Source of the DNA: Balanoglossus misakiensis
Taxonomy: Eukaryota; Animalia; Hemichordata
Length of the DNA stretch: 5,000 nt
NCBI GenBank assembly: GCA_040954595.2
Contig: JBECUI020000072.1
Span: forward strand, 1 to 5,000
Direction of reading: 5' to 3'
A program made the translations under genes and the position numbers. Below are positions 1 to 5,000 of this stretch, in pieces. Below the pieces are notes generated by a model. The model was not told the DNA's origin, made no database searches, and saw nothing but the letters and a program-made list of their open reading frames with translations. Numbering within the stretch: the first letter of the stretch is position 1; every line of letters begins with the position of its first letter.

Positions 1-10
1 GTTCAGAAAG

Positions 11-32
11 GCCGAAAATCTCGAAATTCGGC
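11..32. repeat. Inverted repeat 1 of the monomer: GCCGAA-N10-TTCGGC (first copy shown, recurs every 88 bp)
   Basis: GCCGAA (11-16) is the exact reverse complement of TTCGGC (27-32). I saw no variant in either arm in any copy. No function is implied. Confidence 0.85.
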
Positions 33-35
33 AAC

Positions 36-57
36 TCGAAAATTCGCGGTTTTTCGA
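36..57. repeat. Inverted repeat 2 of the monomer: TCGAAAA-N8-TTTTCGA (first copy shown, recurs every 88 bp)
   Basis: TCGAAAA (36-42) is the exact reverse complement of TTTTCGA (51-57), with spacer TTCGCGGT (43-50). No function is implied. Confidence 0.85.
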
Positions 58-61
58 CAAA

Positions 62-78
62 AACCATGATGGTTAACC
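62..78. repeat. Overlapping palindromes of the monomer: AACCAT-G-ATGGTT (62-74) and GGTTAACC (71-78) (first copy shown, recurs every 88 bp)
   Basis: Direct reading gives 6-bp arms around a 1-bp centre, overlapping a perfect 8-bp palindrome that contains the HpaI site GTTAAC. CCATGA is also repeated directly at 64-69 and 78-83. Confidence 0.85.
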
Positions 79-3000
79 CATGAAAAATGTTCAGAAAGGC
101 CGAAAATCTCGAAATTCGGCAACTCGAAAATTCGCGGTTTTTCGACAAAAACCATGATGGTTAACCCATGAAAAATGTTCAGAAAGGCCGAAAATCTCGA
201 AATTCGGCAACTCGAAAATTCGCGGTTTTTCGACAAAAACCATGATGGTTAACCCATGAAAAAAGTTCAGAAAGGCCGAAAATCTCGAAATTCGGCAACT
301 CGAAAATTCGCGGTTTTTCGACAAAAACCATGATGGTTAACCCATGAAAAATGTTCAGAAAGGCCGAAAATCTCGAAATTCGGCAACTCGAAAATTCGCG
401 GTTTTTCGACAAAAACCATGATGGTTAACCCATGAAAAATGTTCAGAAAGGCCGAAAATCTCGAAATTCGGCAACTCGAAAATTCGCGGTTTTTCGACAA
501 AAACCATGATGGTTAACCCATGGAAAATGTTCAGAAAGGCCGAAAATCTCGAAATTCGGCAACTCGAAAATTCGCGGTTTTTCGACAAAAACCATGATGG
601 TTAACCCATGGAAAATGTTCAGAAAGGCCGAAAATCTCGAAATTCGGCAACTCGAAAATTCGCGGTTTTTCGACAAAAACCATGATGGTTAACCCATGAA
701 AAATGTTCAGAAAGGCCGAAAATCTCGAAATTCGGCAACTCGAAAATTCGCGGTTTTTCGACAAAAACCATGATGGTTAACCCATGAAAAATGTTCAGAA
801 AGGCCGAAAATCTCGAAATTCGGCAACTCGAAAATTCGCGGTTTTTCGACAAAAACCATGATGGTTAACCCATGAAAAATGTTCAGAAAGGCCGAAAATC
901 TCGAAATTCGGCAACTCGAAAATTCGCGGTGTTTCGACAAAAACCATGATGGTTAACCCATGAAAAATGTTCAGAAAGGCCGAAAATCTCGAAATTCGGC
1001 AACTCGAAAATTCGTGGTTTTTCGACAAAAACCATGATGGTTAACCCATGAAAAATGTTCAGAAAGGCCGAAAATCTCGAAATTCGGCAACTCGAAAATT
1101 CGTGGTTTTTCGACAAAAACCATGATGGTTAACCCATGAAAAATGTTCAGAAAGGCCGAAAATCTCGAAATTCGGCAACTCGAAAATTCGTGGTTTTTCG
1201 ACAAAAACCATGATGGTTAACCCATGAAAAATGTTCAGAAAGGCCGAAAATCTCGAAATTCGGCAACTCGAAAATTCGCGGTGTTTCGACAAAAACCATG
1301 ATGGTTAACCCATGAAAAATGTTCAGAAAGGCCGAAAATCTCGAAATTCGGCAACTCGAAAATTCGCGGTTTTTCGACAAAAACCATGATGGTTAACCCA
1401 TGAAAAATGTTCAGAAAGGCCGAAAGTCTCGAAATTCGGCAACTCGAAAATTCGTGGTTTTTCGACAAAAACCATGATGGTTAACCCATGAAAAATGTTC
1501 AGAAAGGCCGAAAATCTCGAAATTCGGCAACTCGAAAATTCGTGGTTTTTCGACAAAAACCATGATGGTTAACCCATGAAAAATGTTCAGAAAGGCCGAA
1601 AATCTCGAAATTCGGCAACTCGAAAATTCGCGGTTTTTCGACAAAAAACATGATGGTTAACCCATGAAAAATGTTCAGAAAGGCCGAAAATCTCGAAATT
1701 CGGCAACTCGAAAATTCGCGGTTTTTCGACAAAAAACATGATGGTTAACCCATGAAAAATGTTCAGAAAGGCCGAAAATCTCGAAATTCGGCAACTCGAA
1801 AAGTCGCGGTTTTTCGACAAAAACCATGATGGTTAACCCATGAAAAATGTTCAGAAAGGCCGAAAATCTCGAAATTCGGCAACTCGAAAATTCGTGGTTT
1901 TTCGACAAAAACCATGATGGTTAACCCATGAAAAATGTTCAGAAAGGCCGAAAATCTCGAAATTCGGCAACTCGAAAATTCGTGGTTTTTCGACAAAAAC
2001 CATGATGGTTAACCCATGAAAAATGTTCAGAAAGGCCGAAAATCTCGAAATTCGGCAACTCGAAAATTCGTGGTTTTTCGACAAAAACCATGATGGTTAA
2101 CCCATGAAAAATGTTCAGAAAGGCCGAAAATCTCGAAATTCGGCAACTCGAAAATTCGCGGTTTTTCGACAAAAACCATGATGGTTAACCCATGAAAAAT
2201 GTTCAGAAAGGCCGAAAATCTCGAAATTCGGCAACTCGAAAATTCGCGGTTTTTCGACAAAAACCATGATGGTTAACCCATGAAAAATGTTCAGAAAGGC
2301 CGAAAATCTCGAAATTCGGCAACTCGAAAATTCGCGGTTTTTCGACAAAAACCATGATGGTTAACCCATGAAAAATGTTCAGAAAGGCCGAAAATCTCGA
2401 AATTCGGCAACTCGAAAATTCGCGGTTTTTCGACAAAAACCATGATGGTTAACCCATGAAAAATGTTCAGAAAGGCCGAAAATCTCGAAATTCGGCATCT
2501 CGAAAATTCGCGGCTTTTCGACAAAAACCATGATGGTTAACCCATGAAAAATGTTCAGAAAGGCCGAAAATCTCGAAATTCGGCAACTCGAAAATTCGTG
2601 GCTTTTCGACAAAAACCATGATGGTTAACCCATGAAAAATGTTCAGAAAGGCCGAAAATCTCGAAATTCGGCAACTCGAAAATTCGTGGTTTTTCGACAA
2701 AAACCATGATGGTTAACTCATGAAAAATGTTCAGAAAGGCCGAAAATCTCGAAATTCGGCAACTCGAAAATTCGCGGTTTTTCGACAAAAACCATGATGG
2801 TTAACCCATGAAAAATGTTCAGAAAGGCCGAAAATCTCGAAATTCGGCAACTCGAAAATTCGTGGTTTTTCGACAAAAACCATGATGGTTAACCCATGAA
2901 AAATGTTCAGAAAGGCCGAAAATCTCGAAATTCGGCAACTCGAAAATTCGCGGTTTTTCGACAAAAACCATGATGGTTAACCCATGAAAAATGTTCAGAA

Positions 3001-5000
3001 AGGCCGAAAATCTCGAAATTCGGCAACTCGAAAATTCGTGGTTTTTCGACAAAAACCATGATGGTTAACCCATGAAAAATGTTCAGAAAGGCCGAAAATC
3101 TCGAAATTCGGCAACTCGAAAATTCGCGGTTTTTCGACAAAAACCATGATGGTTAACCCATGAAAAATGTTCAGAAAGGCCGAAAATCTCGAAATTCGGC
3201 AACTCGAAAATTCGTGGTTTTTCGACAAAAACCATGATGGTTAACCCATGAAAAATGTTCAGAAAGGCCGAAAATCTCGAAATTCGGCAACTCGAAAATT
3301 CGCGGTGTTTCGACAAAAACCATGATGGTTAACCCATGAAAAATGTTCAGAAAGGCCGAAAATCTCGAAATTCGGCAACTCGAAAATTCGCGGTTTTTCG
3401 ACAAAAACCATGATGGTTAACCCATGAAAAATGTTCAGAAAGGCCGAAAATCTCGAAATTCGGCAACTCGAAAATTCGTGGTTTTTCGACAAAAACCATG
3501 ATGGTTAACCCATGAAAAATGTTCAGAAAGGCCGAAAATCTCGAAATTCGGCAACTCGAAAATTCGTGGTTTTTCGACAAAAACCATGATGGTTAACCCA
3601 TGAAAAATGTTCAGAAAGGCCGAAAATCTCGAAATTCGGCAACTCGAAAATTCGTGGTTTTTCGACAAAAACCATGATGGTTAACCCATGAAAAATGTTC
3701 AGAAAGGCCGAAAATCTCGAAATTCGGCAACTCGAAAATTCGCGGTTTTTCGACAAAAACCATGATGGTTAACCCATGAAAAATGTTCAGAAAGGCCGAA
3801 AATCTCGAAATTCGGCAACTCGAAAATTCGCGGTTTTTCGACAAAAACCATGATGGTTAACCCATGAAAAATGTTCAGAAAGGCCGAAAATCTCGAAATT
3901 CGGCAACTCGAAAATTCGTGGTTTTTCGACAAAAACCATGATGGTTAACCCATGAAAAATGTTCAGAAAGGCCGAAAATCTCGAAATTCGGCAACTCGAA
4001 AATTCGCGGTTTTTCGACAAAAACCATGATGGTTAACCCATGAAAAATGTTCAGAAAGGCCGAAAATCTCGAAATTCGGCAACTCGAAAATTCGCGGTTT
4101 TTCGACAAAAACCATGATGGTTAACCCATGAAAAATGTTCAGAAAGGCCGAAAATCTCGAAATTCGGCAACTCGAAAATTCGCGGTTTTTCGACAAAAAC
4201 CATGATGGTTAACCCATGAAAAATGTTCAGAAAGGCCGAAAATCTCGAAATTCGGCAACTCGAAAATTCGCGGTTTTTCGACAAAAACCATGATGGTTAA
4301 CCCATGAAAAATGTTCAGAAAGGCCGAAAATCTCGAAATTCGGCAACTCGAAAATTCGCGGTTTTTCGACAAAAACCATGATGGTTAACCCATGAAAAAT
4401 GTTCAGAAAGGCCGAAAATCTCGAAATTCGGCAACTCGAAAATTCGCGGTTTTTCGACAAAAACCATGATGGTTAACCCATGAAAAATGTTCAGAAAGGC
4501 CGAAAATCTCGAAATTCGGCAACTCGAAAATTCGCGGTTTTTCGACAAAAACCATGATGGTTAACCCATGAAAAATGTTCAGAAAGGCCGAAAATCTCGA
4601 AATTCGGCATCTCGAAAATTCGCGGTTTTTCGACAAAAACCATGATGGTTAACCCATGAAAAATGTTCAGAAAGGCCGAAAATCTCGAAATTCGGCAACT
4701 CGAAAATTCGTGGCTTTTCGACAAAAACCATGATGGTTAACCCATGAAAAATGTTCAGAAAGGCCGAAAATCTCGAAATTCGGCAACTCGAAAATTCGTG
4801 GTTTTTCGACAAAAACCATGATGGTTAACCCATGAAAAATGTTCAGAAAGGCCGAAAATCTCGAAATTCGGCAACTCGAAAATTCGCGGTTTTTCGACAA
4901 AAACCATGATGGTTAACCCATGAAAAATGTTCAGAAAGGCCGAAAATCTCGAAATTCGGCAACTCGAAAATTCGTGGTTTTTCGACAAAAACCATGATGG

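Larger units (their letters stand above)
1..5000. repeat. Tandem array (satellite-like DNA) of an 88-bp monomer, 56.8 copies in the window, >99% identity to consensus, truncated by both window edges
   Basis: GTTCAGAAAGGCC recurs at 1, 89, 177 ... 4929, always 88 bp apart, and the line pattern recurs in register at 1, 1321, 2641 and 3961 (1320 = 15 x 88). Variants other than position 47: T88A (264), A83G (523, 611), T51G (931, 1283, 3307), A18G (1426), C64A (1648, 1736), T43G (1803), A34T (2498, 4610), T50C (2514, 2602, 4714), C78T (2718). C47T occurs in 20 of 57 copies. Confidence 0.99.

Noticed and set aside
12-57. Taxonomic assignment from the TCGAAAATT and TTCGGCAA motifs, which loosely recall invertebrate (e.g. 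nematode) repeats
   Set aside because: The resemblance is only an impression from short motifs, and I cannot match the unit to any named family without a database search.
36-63. Rho-independent terminator (hairpin next to a T run on the minus strand)
   Set aside because: The stem is AT-rich and weak, there is no upstream gene, and the motif is simply part of every satellite unit.
1-88. Tandem tRNA, 5S rRNA, spliced-leader or other small RNA gene array (unit is tRNA-sized and has three hairpins)
   Set aside because: There is no acceptor stem closing a cloverleaf, no properly placed T-loop or A/B boxes and no intergenic spacer, and I recognise no similarity to a known RNA. An Infernal/Rfam scan would settle it.
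3-4988. 54 near-identical 77-aa minus-strand ORFs (MSKNREFSSCRISRF...)
   Set aside because: They are a periodicity artefact. Because 88 is not a multiple of 3, one frame passes through about 2.7 monomers before reaching the TGA. The ORFs overlap each other in all three frames, start at TTG, resemble no domain I recognise, and one copy (2643-2876) is broken by the C78T stop at 2718.
1-5000. CRISPR array or other repeat-spacer array
   Set aside because: The repeats are palindromic, but there are no unique spacers. The entire 88 bp is repeated, and no leader or cas gene is present.
1-5000. Telomeric repeat, plasmid iterons or a MITE/transposon array
   Set aside because: There is no short G-rich telomere motif, the unit is far longer and more numerous than iterons with no rep gene nearby, and no terminal inverted repeats or target-site duplications bound the unit. 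Origin from a transposon-internal repeat cannot be judged without the flanks.

Overview
The whole window is one head-to-tail tandem array of an 88-bp unit: 56 complete copies plus 72 bp of a 57th, running off both ends. Consensus: GTTCAGAAAGGCCGAAAATCTCGAAATTCGGCAACTCGAAAATTCGCGGTTTTTCGACAAAAACCATGATGGTTAACCCATGAAAAAT (about 40% GC). It has the character of a very homogeneous satellite DNA. I see no indels and count about 36 substitutions by eye (about 0.7%), 20 of them one C/T polymorphism at unit position 47. I cannot assign it to a named family or organism. The 77-aa ORFs in the track are artefacts of the periodicity, and no gene, RNA gene, CRISPR array or mobile element is supported. The remaining structure is (i) a monomer built from three consecutive inverted repeats and a CpG-rich ~8-bp sub-repeat, and (ii) a non-random order of variants that suggests an incipient ~23-24-monomer higher-order duplication, local amplification and recombination or conversion. 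I found no evidence here for a new gene system.
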